This document shows positions 1 through 15,125 of a stretch of DNA of 64,000 nucleotides, in pieces. Where the stretch lies: assembly GCA_964016885.1 (NCBI GenBank), contig OZ024745.1:16554001-16618000 (forward strand). The letters run 5' to 3'. The first letter of the stretch is position 1; the number at the start of each line of letters is the position of its first letter. The stretch is from Eledone cirrhosa. Its lineage: Eukaryota. A program made the position numbers and the translations under genes. The notes below the pieces were generated by a model, which ran no database searches, was not told the origin of the DNA, and saw nothing but the letters and a program-made list of their open reading frames with translations.

Positions 1-1293
1 GGGTGTGGGGTGTGTAGGGGTTGTGGCGGGTGGAGTGGGGAGAGAGAGACGGGGTGTCCGAGCGGGGAGGGCTGAAGGTGGTGTGTGTGTGTGTGTATGT
101 GAAAGTAAGGGTTGGGGGAAGAACGGGGTTGCATGTTGAGGAAGATGTGTGTGTAGGGGGGGGGGGAGTTTGTGGGTCGGAGTGTCTGTGCGTGTGTGGA
201 TAGAGGTGTGGGGAGGAGAGGAATCAGGAGGCTGAGGGTGTAGATATGTGGTGGAAAGCACGTGTGTGGGGTTTAAGCGTGTTGTGGGTGTAGGTGGCGT
301 GTGGAGAAAAAAATTTTTTGGGTGTGTGTGTGTGGGTGAGTTATATAGGTGATTACGTAAGAGGATGGTTGAAAAGTTGGTAAATTCCGAAGATGTTTAG
401 TGGATTGGTGGCTGGTCAATTTCTGCGTGTGGGTATTCCATGAAGCGATGGTCGGAAGAGGAGAGATGTGGGGTGCGCGCGCAACAGGAAGTGGTCAGCA
501 GTGGGAGTGCTGTGGTCTGTGTGTGCTGGGAGGTGGTCAGAGGGTATAGCAGCAATCGGTGGAATGGTAAAGGGGCGAGGATGGGTAGGTGTGAAAGTTG
601 GAGTGAGGAGGGTGTGTGTGTGTGTATTAGTAGGGGTGTTAGTGGGATGAGTGAGTGTTGAGCGAGGGTGTGGGTGGAGCGGGGAGAGAAGGGTGTGTGT
701 GGTTCTATGAAGGGAGTGTGGTGTACTGGTGTGTGTGTAGTTTGATGAAGAGGTGTTAGTGGGTGTTAGTATACGGGAGGTGGGGACGGGTTGAATGCAG
801 GTGTGAGTGGAGGTTAGTGGTGGTAGGGTGTGTAGAGTTGGTGGTGTACGAGGGTGTGTGGGTACGTGTGCGTGGGGTTGGGGGGGGTGTTAGTGATGTT
901 AGTTGCGTGTGGGGTGGGTGGTGTAAGTGGGTGCGTGTGTTCGTGTGCTTGGGGTTAGGGGGTGTTAGTGAGGTTAGTTGCGGGGTGGTGGGATGGAGGT
1001 GTGTGGGTGAGAGGTGTGGGGCTGAGGGTTAGTGGTGGTAGTAGGGTGTGTGTTTAGTGTGAGCGCGTGTATATATGTGCCGGTGGGTGTGTGCGTGTGA
1101 TAAGGAGAGGGGAAGAGGAGAAGAGGGGAGGGAAGGGATGTTAGTATGTTAGTTGGGGAAGGGTGGTCAGATGAGGGGTGAAGTGGAGGTGTTAGTATTG
1201 TTAGTTGTGGGGTGGGCGGTGAAAAGGAGGGGTGTGTTAGTGGTGTTAATGAGGGATAAGTGTGAGGGGGAGGGGGGCGGTCGAAGGGTAAAG
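1..1293. repeat. G/T-rich, C-poor low-complexity tract
   Basis: Strongly strand-asymmetric gtgt/gggt/gttag sequence with no stable period; ends abruptly at a (TACA)/(TA)n tract. Confidence 0.7.
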
Positions 1294-1914
1294 GAATATA
1301 TACATACATACAAACATACATACATATATATATATATACATGAATACATATATATATATATGTGTGTGTATTTGTTTGTCGAGAGGCTTTAGTAATATGG
1401 GTACGAATTTATTTAGGTCATGAGTCTCGCAGGTTAGAGTCTGCTAATATGGGTTTGAGTTGTAATGCAGCTATGCTAGAACATTATGAAAAATCATTGT
1501 CTCTTGATAGAACATAAGGAGGTGGTGCCGGATTAGCGTTCGCACGTCTAACTAGACCGCCTCGGTATCACTGGTTCTTTGTTTATACTTTCCTATGCTT
1601 CAGTAAGCATTACTAAATCTATTAAGTTCATATCATATGATGCCGTCAACTATTGTTTTGCGCCAAGGTCTGATGACATAAATCGGCACCAGGTATACGT
1701 ATTATGCAACAGTAAAGGTATATTGGAAACTGGCTTATTTATGCTTTTCATTGATATATATATATATATAGATAGATAGATATTATTCAATTGAAGAAAG
1801 TTGGATGATCAAAAATCTGCCGACTTATTCTTAAAGCACTGCCCGTCAGGTAAATAAGAGAGACGGTTGTACGAATAAAATCGTCTCTCTTATTTATTAT
1901 AATACATAGATGGA

Positions 1915-2298
<384 letters not shown>

Positions 2299-2397
2299 GA
2301 GTTTATGTTGGTTGTGTACCAACACCTAAGTATGCAGGCTGGAGCACTCGACGAAGTGCGCAGGTTGGTTTGGTTACTCCGGAGTAGTGTAAAATAA

Positions 2398-2780
2398 AGT
2401 TAAATAAAAGTCAAATGATTAAAATTTAACTTCGTTTATTACTGCTATATATATCAGTGACAGCCATCTTTGGCTGTGACCTCTTCAGGCAGTTTGAGTT
2501 AGTACATATGTTGTTTAGGTGTATAATATTGTCAATACTCTGATATGCCCAGTTCCTTGTTGGGTTGTTATTTCATGACTCCAGTTCCTCATTGAAATAA
2601 CAACCCAACAAGGAACTGGGCATATCAGAGTATTGACAATATTATACACCTAAACAACATATGTACTTGTCTATACCATACTAATTCAAACTGCCTGAAG
2701 AGGTCACAGCCAAAGATGGCTGTCACTGATATATATAGCAGTAATAAACGAAGCTAAATTTTAATCATTTGACTTTTATT

Positions 2781-2785
<5 letters not shown>
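2398..2785. repeat. Long fold-back palindrome (PLE pLTR-like remnant)
   Basis: Arm 2398-2575 is the reverse complement of 2593-2785, with a 17-nt spacer and a short indel. Contains degenerate HHR-like CTGAAGA-GGTcacaGCC-aaagatggctGTC at 2695. Followed by (TA)n. Confidence 0.85.
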
Positions 2786-2817
<32 letters not shown>

Positions 2818-3138
2818 ACACACATATACATGATGTGTATATATGCCATATGTGTAGAATATTACGACATATCACTTTGATTAATATCTAGTCTTCTGGG
2901 AATCCTTCTGAAAATAAACTAACCCCCAACCTTGAAACAGATGATTTTCAGGTGAGATGATAAGAATTTCTTCTTATATTTTCTCATCATTTTTACACAC
3001 AATAAAAATAGATAGAATGAATCATCGATTCCCTGAGGAAAATTAAAAGTCGGAACTTGAATTATGTTTCATGAAAGAGGTTCGTGACAGTGAGAGACAC
3101 AATAGCTTTAAGTAATTTGGTGATGGAAGAACAAAAAC

Positions 3139-3340
<202 letters not shown>

Positions 3341-4009
3341 ATACAGAGCAGAATGATAAATCTATAAAAATATAGAATTTCTCTTTATATGAGTCAACGG
3401 AAATGCGAGGGCACATCAAAATGAAGAAATATCTTGAATGTAAACATATTTTATAGTCAAGCTTTGTTAAGATATAGCATTACGTAATAGTATTGCTTTT
3501 TCGTTTGTTCATAAAGTGACCTTCAAATCTTAGATTGTACTGAAATACTGGTTTCTATTCATACTTCATGAATTCTTTTCGGAATTCTACTTGATTTATT
3601 GGTATTTACATATTCATAGAATTTGAGCACCTGAACCAATGGTTGACCTTTCAAGAAACGAAGCTTCTAGGAGAGAAATCTTGAACTAGTAAATATAATT
3701 CTTCAGTAATTACACTTCTCAACTACGTTTTTAAAATAAGATCATTCGGATATAATTGTGTATTTTATAGCCACCAATGAATAAAAATTTAAGAATCAAG
3801 AATTGAGAAAAAGTGGTGTTCATGCATTTTTAAATGTAAGACTTATCCATTTCTCGTCCACAATTGCACGAACACAAGCAAGCACATACATACACATACA
3901 CATTATTTCTCACTCCCCTCTCTCACACTCTTTGGAGTATGCTACTTGCTGAGGTATTAAGGCATATGATAAATATTACCATTATAAATGACAAATATAG
4001 TAAATAAGG

Positions 4010-4200
4010 GTTACTGTTTTAGGGACATGGCCCACAATTTGGCCCAAAAGTCTATTAAATCGACTCCAGTGGTACTTTATTTTATCGATTCCCTTAATGA
4101 TGAAAGGCAAAGCTAACCTCGGTGGGATTTGAACTAAGAATGTAAAGGGCCAAAAACAAATGTCCAAGAAAGATAATATACGCCAAGTTAGCCATTCTGT
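4010..4200 (-). mobile_element. Diverged tRNA-derived SINE
   Basis: ggtactttattttatcga...gatgaaaggcaaagctaacctcggtgggatttgaact matches the reverse complement of the SINE core and B-box. Confidence 0.7.
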
Positions 4201-4822
4201 TATACTCTGTAGGGTTATTACTGTATAAACATAGGATATTGCGATTCCATTTCCAGCCTGTGTTGTAAATTCTACCAAATAATCATACTAGCTTAGTTGT
4301 GCTATTATAATATAGATCTTGCTTTCAATTTCCACATCAACTGTCTTTTGATAAGCTGTCATATGTACCATACATTTCTTAAATCACGTGGATCAAAATA
4401 GATACATTTTGTTGGAGTGTCATATATGTTTAATTTCAGAATTATTGATCTATGCTGTAATAAGGATATAATTATATCCCTAGTTTTACAAATGATTGCA
4501 ACTTCAAATGTATATTACATTTCATATATTATGAAACGTCTTTTATATAACATATTTCACTGTTCTCCTGTAAGACATGACAATAGTCTATAGCAGAATA
4601 ACTATAATGGAGTTGTATTTGTTTGACAAGCGAATTGATGTGAGACCATGTCTCGAAACTGATGTTTTTTCTCATGGAAGAATAATTACGAAAACTGCAC
4701 CGAAAATGTTGCTACCAGATTAGCGATATGTGAAAATTGAGCGTAACTGTTTTTCAAATTTTTGATAAGTTTTTAATATGAATGTTTGAAAATACAAATA
4801 ACGTTTTACTTCGCATTATTAC

Positions 4823-5607
4823 TTGGCAGTATCGGTAGAGGGTCGGTCGCCATGCTTTCCAGCATAGTTACGTCCCTTTACGATCTGAGTTCAAATCCCG
4901 CCGAGGTTGACTTTGCCTTTCATCCTTACGGGGTCGATAAAATAAAGTACCAGTAATGCACTGGGTAATTGCTGGCCCTGTGCCTAAAGTAGAAACAATT
5001 ATTACTGTATGAAGGTGGATTGGCAGTATTGGTAAAGGGTCGGACGCCATGCTTTGACGCATAGAGTTACGGCCCTTGCCATTCTGAGTTCAAATCCCGC
5101 CGAGGTTAACTTTGCCTTTCATCCTTACGGGGTCGATAAAATAAAGTACCAGTAATACACTGGGTAATTGCTGGCCTTGTGCCTAACGTAGAAACAATTA
5201 TTACTGTATGAAGGGCGGTGAATTGGTAGTATCGGTAGAGGATTGGATGCAATGCTTTCTAGCATAGTTACGTCCCATTACGGTCGGAGTTCAAGTCCCG
5301 TCGATGTTAACTTTGCTTTTCATCCTTACAGGGTCGATAAAATAAAGTACCAGTAATGCACTGGGTGATTGTTGGCCTTGGGCCAAAAGTAGAAACAATA
5401 ATTGATGTATGTAAGGACGGTGGATTGGCAGTATCGGTAGAGGGTCGGACACCATGCTTCGCAGCATAGAGTTACGGCCCTTTATGATCTGAGTTCAAAT
5501 CCCGCCAAGGTTAACTTTGCCTTTCATCCTCAAGGGTCGATAAAATAAAGTGCCATTCACGCACTGGGGTCAATTTGATCGACTTTCCCCCCTCCCAAAA
5601 ATTGCTG
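4823..5607 (+). mobile_element. Tandem array of four tRNA-derived SINE copies
   Basis: Units start at about 4823, 5013, 5213 and 5416. Each has an A-box-like tggcagtatcgg, B-box gagttcaaatccc and core ctttgcctttcatccttacggggtcgataaaataaagtacc; the first three end in gtagaaacaat. Confidence 0.9.
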
Positions 5608-6179
5608 TACGTAGTTCGCGTTATTAATGTACGATATTCTTCCAAATTTTGTGCATGATTATATTGCGGATGGAGGCATGAGAGAAGGGTTAAAATGTTC
5701 GAGGAAAACAAAAATAAAACAGGTCTATCGAAACTCTTCGAGAAAAAGACGTGATTCCCCGCGATAAACATTCCTTGAAACCAACAACAATGGGTTGTGT
5801 AACAATGTATATGAATTAGGAAGGAAAATCCACGCAATATCTGGATGGGGATCGAAAGGACTCAGCTGATAAACTTATTATTCTCCCCAAAACTGTAAAT
5901 ATGTTTTACAATATTTAACTTAATTATAGGTCTTGAGTCCTATCATCGAAAATTAACCTGAATTGACGCTCTGTTTTCAAGATCAGAACCTATCGATCTG
6001 TTCAGGTTTCGAGCTCTTATGATCGTGCAACCAGCACCCAAATCACTGAGCCACGCGGCTTTAAAATAAGAATATGTACAAATTATAAAATAATTGTTTC
6101 TACTTTTGGCACAAGGCCATATAAAATAATTTAACATTAAAGATACTTGTAATTTGAATGAATGTATCCATTTATACAT

Positions 6180-6357
6180 AATTGTTTCTACTTTTTGGCA
6201 CAAGGCCAGCAATTTACCAGTACATTACTGGTACTTTATTTTATCGACCCCGTAAGGATAAAAGACAAAGTTAACCTCGACGGGATTTGAACTCAGACCG
6301 TAAAGGGACGTAACTATGCATGGCGTCCGACCCTCTACCGATACTGCCAATTCACCG
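6180..6357 (-). mobile_element. tRNA-derived SINE (plus 3' fragment at 6090-6118)
   Basis: Reverse-complement match to the SINE consensus. Confidence 0.9.
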
Positions 6358-6548
6358 TATCCATTTATACATAATGTGAGATATAATGTTACAAAATCTC
6401 ACTCTGATATGGCCTCTCTCTTCAGATTAGCATCATACTGGCTGATTAACTCCCTTCCACGCGTTTCTTCTTCTTCTCCTCAAATTAATATTTATATATT
6501 TGATATTTTATGTATCACTTATATGAAATGTATCAACCTTTAAGTTAT

Positions 6549-6551
<3 letters not shown>

Positions 6552-6583
<32 letters not shown>

Positions 6584-6603
6584 ATCTCCAATCTTTCTTT
6601 GGT

Positions 6604-6639
<36 letters not shown>

Positions 6640-6780
6640 TATGTATCTTTATATATATATATGTATTTATATATGTAAATATATATATGTATATATATAT
6701 ATGTATATATATATGTATGCATACATATATATATATATATATATATATGCATACACACACACACACACATATATATACAT

Positions 6781-6843
<63 letters not shown>

Positions 6844-6908
6844 ATTATATATATATATATATATATATATGTGTATGTATATATGTACATACATATATAT
6901 ATATATAA
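6552..6908. repeat. (CT)n and interrupted (TA)n microsatellite
   Basis: Read directly. Confidence 0.95.
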
Positions 6909-7769
6909 GTTTGAATAAGTACTCTCATAAATGGAAGTAAATGTGAAATGGCTATATTCTGCAACCAAATTCATTTCGATGATTGTCTTCAGAGAAATCA
7001 GAGGGAAATGAAAGTAAAACAATACTTTTTCAATGTATATTGTCATTATTGATATGAAGAAAGGTATAAATATTTACATTATTTACTGTTATTTCTCTTG
7101 ACAATTTTCTAAAACTTCATTTGCATTCCTTTATTGATATATATTCACAATAAAATAATAGATGGCTGTAAAGGGGAAAACGTATTGTAATAGAATATAA
7201 TAAAATATTTTGGTTACGATTAGCTTGTAATACTCACAGTCTTATCGTAATATTCTATCTAAATATATAAGAGGCAGGCAATAAAACACATAAATTAGAG
7301 ATTCAAATATCGGTCTGTTATCAGTTATTGAGTTATAATGTTTTATATTTTATGTATTCATATAACATACAGTACAGTTGGTATCCTAATTAAACACAGC
7401 TCTAGAGAAGCGTGGACGCTGCTGCCTTATATCTGAAGATAGGTCTAATGATATTAGACTGAGAGGACGGAAAAAGCCAGGACCGAGAAGAATCACAATC
7501 CTCTCGTTTCCTGATGGTAAAGCTTTAATACGATATCAGCGACACTTTCTTAATGTGTAAGCTGGTGAAATCAGTAACACTCAACCTCTGTTTCCTTGCA
7601 GGCGAAGGATAGCAAGCTGTATCAGATATACTAATCAAATAGACGTATCAGATAGACTGAGGTTATATACTCATGTATCACATGGTCTGGGGCATTAATT
7701 ACATGCGGAAGAATCGCAGGGCATATATGTTTCAAATGGTGATATATCAATCTGTAAAGTATGACATTG

Positions 7770-7925
7770 TTATTTATGATTTTGTTATGTATAACATGAT
7801 GATGTATGATATGGCGATTTATTATATGGTGGTGTAAGACATTGTGGTATATGACACGGCGATGTATGACATGGTTATATATATCACACGATGATGTATG
7901 GCAATGGTGTTATCACATGGTCATA
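7770..7925. repeat. Degenerate pentamer repeat (ATGAC/ATGTT-like)
   Basis: Roughly 5-bp periodic atgac/atgat/atggc/atggt. Confidence 0.5.
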
Positions 7926-8714
7926 ACACCTTCCCTCCTACCTTACAGGAGATATGCTGACACTTTAGAATTCCTTCTACTCACCATAATCAATGCTATC
8001 GACATTCTACAAAACCTAGTCTAGACTAACTATTACTGGCTATGGTGCTAATTATTACTGGCTACTGGCTATGATTCAATCGATATAATGTGAATATGCA
8101 GGGGCACCGCATTCAAGGGACTTAGTTGATCCCATCATGCCCAGATATCTTTTCACGTTTGGTAGTGATTTTATCGTTCTCAAATTTTCAAATCGTTAGG
8201 AAACGGAACATAAACGAAGAGTAAATTTATATACACGTTAGCACACACACACGATGAGTTTCGCACAGATTTCGTCTCCCAATTCACACAAGCCTATAAT
8301 GTAAATCCCCTACCCAAATTGTCACACAGTAGGAATAAGCTCGAAAACATGGCAAGGAAAATTCTTATCTACTTATCTATATCTGTTTCTACATCTTCCA
8401 ATATATATATTAACATTTTTCAGTGGTTTTCCTCGCCGGAAGATCAAATGTTCAATTAAAAACAAACCATACGTGGCGTGCCATTTCCTTTTCCTCATGT
8501 CTGTGAGAAAAAGACAAAAGTTATACCATTTCACTTCCTTATCATTTAAGTAATTTGTACCAAAAGCAATATGAAAGATATACTACTTCCTTTGAAAATG
8601 TTTCTTTTACAACAAGGAGTGGTTGTTGACGTAACATTTGTCAGGTTTGCTCCCATTGGTAGATGGGAATATTTCATATATAGCTTGAATGTTTAATATA
8701 CAGTTTGAAAACCT

Positions 8715-8873
8715 TAGATTAGACATTATTGGTTAACATATGTTGATGACCTAAGGACAGACACTGGTCACTTGGAGATGCAGGACATGGCAGCGATAAT
8801 GAGGGTCAGAGACCGCTGGAGAGAACTCGTCCATGGATCTCGGAAATTTTACCCGCCCTAGATAGATAGATAG
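8715..8873 (+). mobile_element. RTE-type LINE 3' end fragment
   Basis: Translates TYVDDLRTDTGHLEMQDMAAIMRVRDRWRELV, typical of an RTE C-terminus; (TAGA)n tail. Confidence 0.55.
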
Positions 8874-8894
8874 TTATTATTTAGAAACCCAATA

Positions 8895-9073
8895 GCGGTG
8901 GATTGGCAGAATTGGTAGAGGGTTGGACATGCTTTCCAACATAGTTACATCCCTTTACGATCTGAGTTCAAATCCCGCCAAGGTTAACTTTGCCTTTCAT
9001 CCTTACGAGGTCGATAAAAAAAGTACAAGTAATGTACTGGGTAATTGCTGGCCTTGTTCCGAAAGTAGAAACA
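8895..9073 (+). mobile_element. tRNA-derived SINE with 19-bp TSD
   Basis: Consensus match; attatttagaaacccaata at 8876-8894 and 9074-9092. Confidence 0.92.
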
Positions 9074-10976
9074 ATTATTTAGAAACCCAATAATCAAAGC
9101 CTTTCAAGCTATGAACATCCAACTATTCGTATATCAGAGAATACTTGGTCTAATGCATCATTCATTATTCACGAAGATCAGATGTGAGTTAAGAGACATA
9201 TAGTTGCTATTTCTAGCAGGTCGGCTAATAACGGTGAAGAATTCCAGTTTGTTGTCATATTTCGGAGAAAGGATTTGAGGAACGGAGGAACACACCACAG
9301 GTAAGAAGTAGAATGACAAGAAGGCTGGTAGAACACTGGGGGTTGGTATGCAAGTAGATACCTTTAAAGAGAAGAGATCATTGTAGAGAAGGCACGTATG
9401 CATGCAAGAGAAGAAAGTCCCAGGTAGAATTGTTAGACTGGCGCTATGCAAATTGAAGTAATATCTACAGTTAATTAAAAAGTGAAACTCCAGTTGGCAG
9501 ATGGATAATTTGATCCTTTGCCCAATAGGAACTGTGTATAGATATATGATAATATAATCTCTCCAAGGATATCATAACGATATTAAGAATATATATTGCC
9601 TTCTCTGATCTCGTATCTCTCAGAATATCAGAATATCATTATTTATTTCTTAAAATAAACAAGAATAATTGGCTTGTATGACTAGATATTTTAGAATGAC
9701 ATATCGTCAATTAAATATGCAACATTATATATATATATATACACACAATTATTGCAATCGTATGAATATAACAGGAAAAAATTAAATAGACTAACTAAAT
9801 TAATCAACTTATTAATTAAAAACAAACATATATAAAAAGACGGACAGGAATTTTTGTCTGTTATCTTCTAGAATCTTGAGTAGTTCAGCTGTCAGTGAAA
9901 CTTAATACTCATATGCTAAATAAAGTGTAAGAAAGTTAGTGATGTGTGAGATTACCTAAGTATATTTATAACATATTAGTTACTCTATCTGCTCTAACTG
10001 CTTATCTATTAATTGCTATTGTTTAGTCTAATGGCGTTCTCTCTAGCGAATACCTGAAGTAAACTGAACACAAATTAGAAAATGCCTGCCATTTCAACTG
10101 AAAGAAAAAGTTCTTTCAATAGATAGAAGAATGTAATTAAATAAAAATGTTGTCCGTTTATTTTCTAAAATTCTAGAAGATAACTATAATTAACAAAATA
10201 GCGCGAGAGTTATTTGTTCCTGATACTCTTTTATAATAACATTACATGTATAGCTTATGGAGAGATAGTCTGTAATACAATTTCTCGGGTAGTCATGTGA
10301 ACAAGCAGTAAATATGTATGATGTACGTCCCGTTATTGTACGTAACTCAGAAGTTAAAAAACTAAAATATCGCAAATCATTTTGTCTGACACTTAAAGAA
10401 TTCTGCCAAAATAATAACTTGAATAATTATTTCTAACGTAAGTATAAAAGCGGGGAATGTTTAGTTCATTACATTGACACGTGTATTTCCCTGGTACCTT
10501 TTCTTTGACATTAAAAGCTAACATCAGCGGACATGAACTAAGAAGGTAATGATCTGGAACAAATGCCGCAAGATAATTTATAGGTACATAGGTTTCCTAA
10601 GCATTTCCCTATCTAAGTACTAATCACATTCAACGTAACTTAATTGCTGTGATGGCGCGAGAACCGATGTTTACAAAGTGGTATGGCCAGGTATTGCAAA
10701 CGATTGTAAAGGAGTAGGGAAATAAAATACATTTTCATATTTAAAAGTGGTATGGGTCTAAAATAATCAATGAAATCACCATTGTTAGGGTTCTTACTTA
10801 GCAGCACTGTTTCCCTTATGAAGAAATCTTGAAACAGCAATGTCTGGAATTCTCGACCACATTGACAAGCTGTGATATATTCACCGAGTTAAATAGAAAA
10901 AACATTGTTTTCGTGGCGAAAAAATAATTGTTTTGATAGCGAGGTTACCGATAAGTTTATTGTATCGAAACATATG

Positions 10977-11740
<764 letters not shown>

Positions 11741-12030
11741 TACACTTATATATGTTGTGGACATTTATAAGAGTATCTGCTCATTTTAAATGGAGAAATT
11801 ATCACCTGGAGCTGATATTGGTAAATTGCCACGTAACACATAAAGAAAATCAAAGTGATTGGCGCCATGAACAAAAGAAACGTCTAAGAAGTATCGTTAG
11901 ATCAACCCGAGAACTTTAATGATACACTGATTAAATGTAAGAAATGTTTAGAGATAAGGGACATCAGAGAAAGTTATACATTCTATATCGCCATGGCATA
12001 GCACACTTTGCCGTGCAAATATCTTTAGAC

Positions 12031-12153
12031 CATTGTTAATAGATACAATGTATTACAAACATCATCTAAGATTAAATAGAAATGTTGCAAATAAGTAAAG
12101 GTATATATGTGTGTATGTGTGTGTGTATAATTGTATCTCTGTGTGATTATATA

Positions 12154-12217
<64 letters not shown>

Positions 12218-12456
12218 TATATATATATTATTGTTTCTACTTATATAATACACATATATATGCATGCAAATATATATATATATACACAGACAAGAACACT
12301 GACATTCTATAAATGCAATCACAGAGATAACATCACACACACACACAAACACACACACACACACGCACACACACACACATATATACCTTTACTTATTTGC
12401 AACATTTCTATTTAATCTTAGATGATGTTTGTAATACATTGTATCTATTAACAATG
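12031..12456. repeat. Inverted repeat (~80-bp arms) around a microsatellite spacer
   Basis: cattgttaatagatacaatg...gtaaaggtatatatgt (12031-12110) is the reverse complement of 12378-12456. Confidence 0.85.
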
Positions 12457-12924
12457 CTCTAATTGTGCTATATATGCAATTTTTTGTATGATATACACAT
12501 ACTGCATTTCTTTGCCAAAATATGGGGAATTTCCCCTCGTGACTTACGCATGTGCGTTTACTAAGCTCTGCGTCACTCGCAAAGTTGGTTACAGAGCAGA
12601 ATTACCTGTTGATAACGTGATATTCCTTGTTCGATCTTTAAGCAGACAGTATTATTGATTCAGGTGTCATAGAAACCCTGCATTTGGATTTTACCACCAA
12701 TTCCATTTGGGTCCAGGTTTTTATCATTTATTTTGTTTGACCTGTTTAGCTTGATTTGTTTTTTGGCTTAGGTGGTTAATGCTTTCTTAACCACTTTTTC
12801 AGTTTGTATGGCATTTTAACATATTGTTTAGCTCTAGTTTCTTAACTATTGAGCGCTTGCCAGCATTTCTACGATTTTGCGTTTCGTTTCGCTTTTTCTA
12901 CCAGCCGAAATACGATTCTCGCTG

Positions 12925-12960
<36 letters not shown>

Positions 12961-13024
12961 AAAAAAGTTGAAATCGAAAATGCAACTGGAGTCTTTTTTT
13001 TTAAAATATATATTTATTTGGTTC

Positions 13025-13060
13025 CTTTACCGGTTTCGCAGTTCTTCTGCTTTTCAAAAG
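13025..13060 (-). ncRNA. Minimal type I hammerhead ribozyme (U3-A8 variant)
   Basis: Minus strand reads CTT-TTGAAAA-GCAG aagaa CTGC-GAAA-C CG G-TA-AAG: stems I and II paired, palindromic stem III ACCGGT, GUA triplet. Confidence 0.7.
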
Positions 13061-13570
13061 TAGAATACATTATTAATACATAATCCAACGAGGTCTGTTA
13101 CTTGCGCCGAGTGTTTTATATCTATAAAATCACCGATAATACCTATACTTATACACTTATCAATCCATATAGACAGCTATATACCTACAACCTGCTACAA
13201 TATAATAAGGTAAAATGCACCTACAATCATAATTCTTTATTCAATCCTATATATAACATTATAACTCATAATTCAGCCAAATATCCTTTAAATTCTGGAA
13301 TCGTACTACACCATGCCAACAAACTGCTAATTCTCAACATTTCAATCCCACCAAATTCACGCGAATACAAGCATTTCCCCCCTTCTCCCCCTCCCCCACA
13401 CATGCATATATATATATCCTAACAATTATTCAAATCTACCTAGCGTCCGAAAACAACGCTTTTCTCAGCCCCACTCCTCAACCTCATTTGCACACTCACC
13501 CCAACAATTTAAAATATTTGATTCTTCCTCTCCTACCCCCTTTTTCCCTTTACTATCCAGGAAAAACTTG

Positions 13571-13805
13571 AACCGCTAAGATCTCGTTCCTGGATATATC
13601 AATATTTATAAAACAAACCTTGCATTTTATCCGATGAGGATTATAATATCAATGATATTAATAAATGGAAACTATATTTATGAAACCATATTTGTTCTAT
13701 TATATATATTTCAGGGGTACCAAAGCTTTGGTGCGCTCTCATCAGATAAAATGCAAGGTTTGTTTTATAAATAGTGACATATCCAAGAACGAGATCTTAG
13801 CGGTT
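13571..13805. repeat. Palindrome with two convergent HHR-like motifs
   Basis: 68-bp arms at 13571-13638 and 13738-13805. Plus strand CCGATGA...GGAAAC at 13631; minus strand CTGATGA-(accaaagctttggt stem)-GAAA-TATATA-TA-ATAG at 13697-13752. Confidence 0.8.
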
Positions 13806-13873
13806 TATACTTTCACTCCTGTAGCACGCCTCGGTCTTTTTTCATTTTGTAAAAAAACCTTCACTTTCTAATA

Positions 13874-13893
13874 ATATATATATATATATATGC

Positions 13894-13960
<67 letters not shown>

Positions 13961-14154
13961 ATGCATATATATATATATTTGCATGCATGTATATTATATA
14001 TACGTACGTATGTTTTAATATGTGTATATATATATTAGGAATATATATATATATATATACATATATAAATATATTAATCTATATTCGTATATGCATATAT
14101 TTATATACGTATATATAAATATATATATATATATATATACACATATATGTACAT

Positions 14155-14215
<61 letters not shown>
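13874..14215. repeat. (TA)n microsatellite
   Basis: Read directly. Confidence 0.95.
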
Positions 14216-14639
14216 ATATAAACATATACATATAATCCTTATATATCTACATACACATATAATCCAATATCAAATAAGAAAGAATGAAATATACCTTCTT
14301 GGTTAATACATGCGACAAGAAAGCATCACATTAGAATATATAATGACAAAAGCAAATAAAAATAAAACATTTGACAAATTAAAGAATTATTCCCATTCCC
14401 AGGTGAATTCATTATCTCCCGAATAAACGTTTGGAAACTTAATTAAATTTAGCTTTTTTAGAATAAGTCATTATATAAATATTGGTTGATATAGGAATCA
14501 TTGGTAAATTTCAAATTTTGGAAACTGTGCAGCGAAGATAGTGTTAGCTATAACAATAATTGATAACAATAAAAATGAATTGAATAAAGTTGATAATGTA
14601 ATTAACCCTGGAAATGGAAAAAAATATGTGTGCAGTAAC

Positions 14640-14690
14640 GACTGCGGAGAATTGAACCATGTATCTCCTGCATGTCAGGCGAGTGACTGT
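14640..14690 (-). pseudogene. tRNA-like 3' half (Asp-like), degenerate
   Basis: cactcgcctgacatgcaggagatacatggttcaattctccgcag resembles the anticodon and T arms of tRNA-Asp; no full cloverleaf. Confidence 0.35.
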
Positions 14691-14939
14691 ATTTTTAAAA
14701 CTTAAATTTCTCCGGTGTTTCGTAGATCAACGAATCTTATTTAAACTTTCAGCTACACACTTAACGATGCCACATAAACTGTACTTAATGACCAGACCCG
14801 TTTTGGGAAAAATATTTTTAGAAGCTCGGCTGGCATAATATAGACATACGGTTCGATCAACGCAGGCGTCTCTGTTCACTTTTTCCCCTGTCCGTTGGTA
14901 CTTTACCCAACGTGTTCAACTGATATTTATAGATAACTA

Positions 14940-15125
14940 GAATTGGCAGTATCGGTAGAGCGTAGGACGCCATGCTTTCTAGCATAGTTACGTCCCTTTA
15001 CAGTATGAGTTCAAATACCGTGGAGGTTAACTTTGCCTTTCATCCTTACGGGGTCGATAAAATAAAGTACCAGTAATACACTGGAATAATTGCTGGCCTT
15101 GTGCCAAAAGTAGAAACAATTATTA
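14940..15125 (+). mobile_element. tRNA-derived SINE
   Basis: Consensus match including the gtagaaacaattattat tail. Confidence 0.9.

Noticed and set aside
4823-5607. tRNA gene cluster
   Set aside because: A/B boxes are present, but the units continue into a shared SINE core and tail, and dispersed copies have TSDs.
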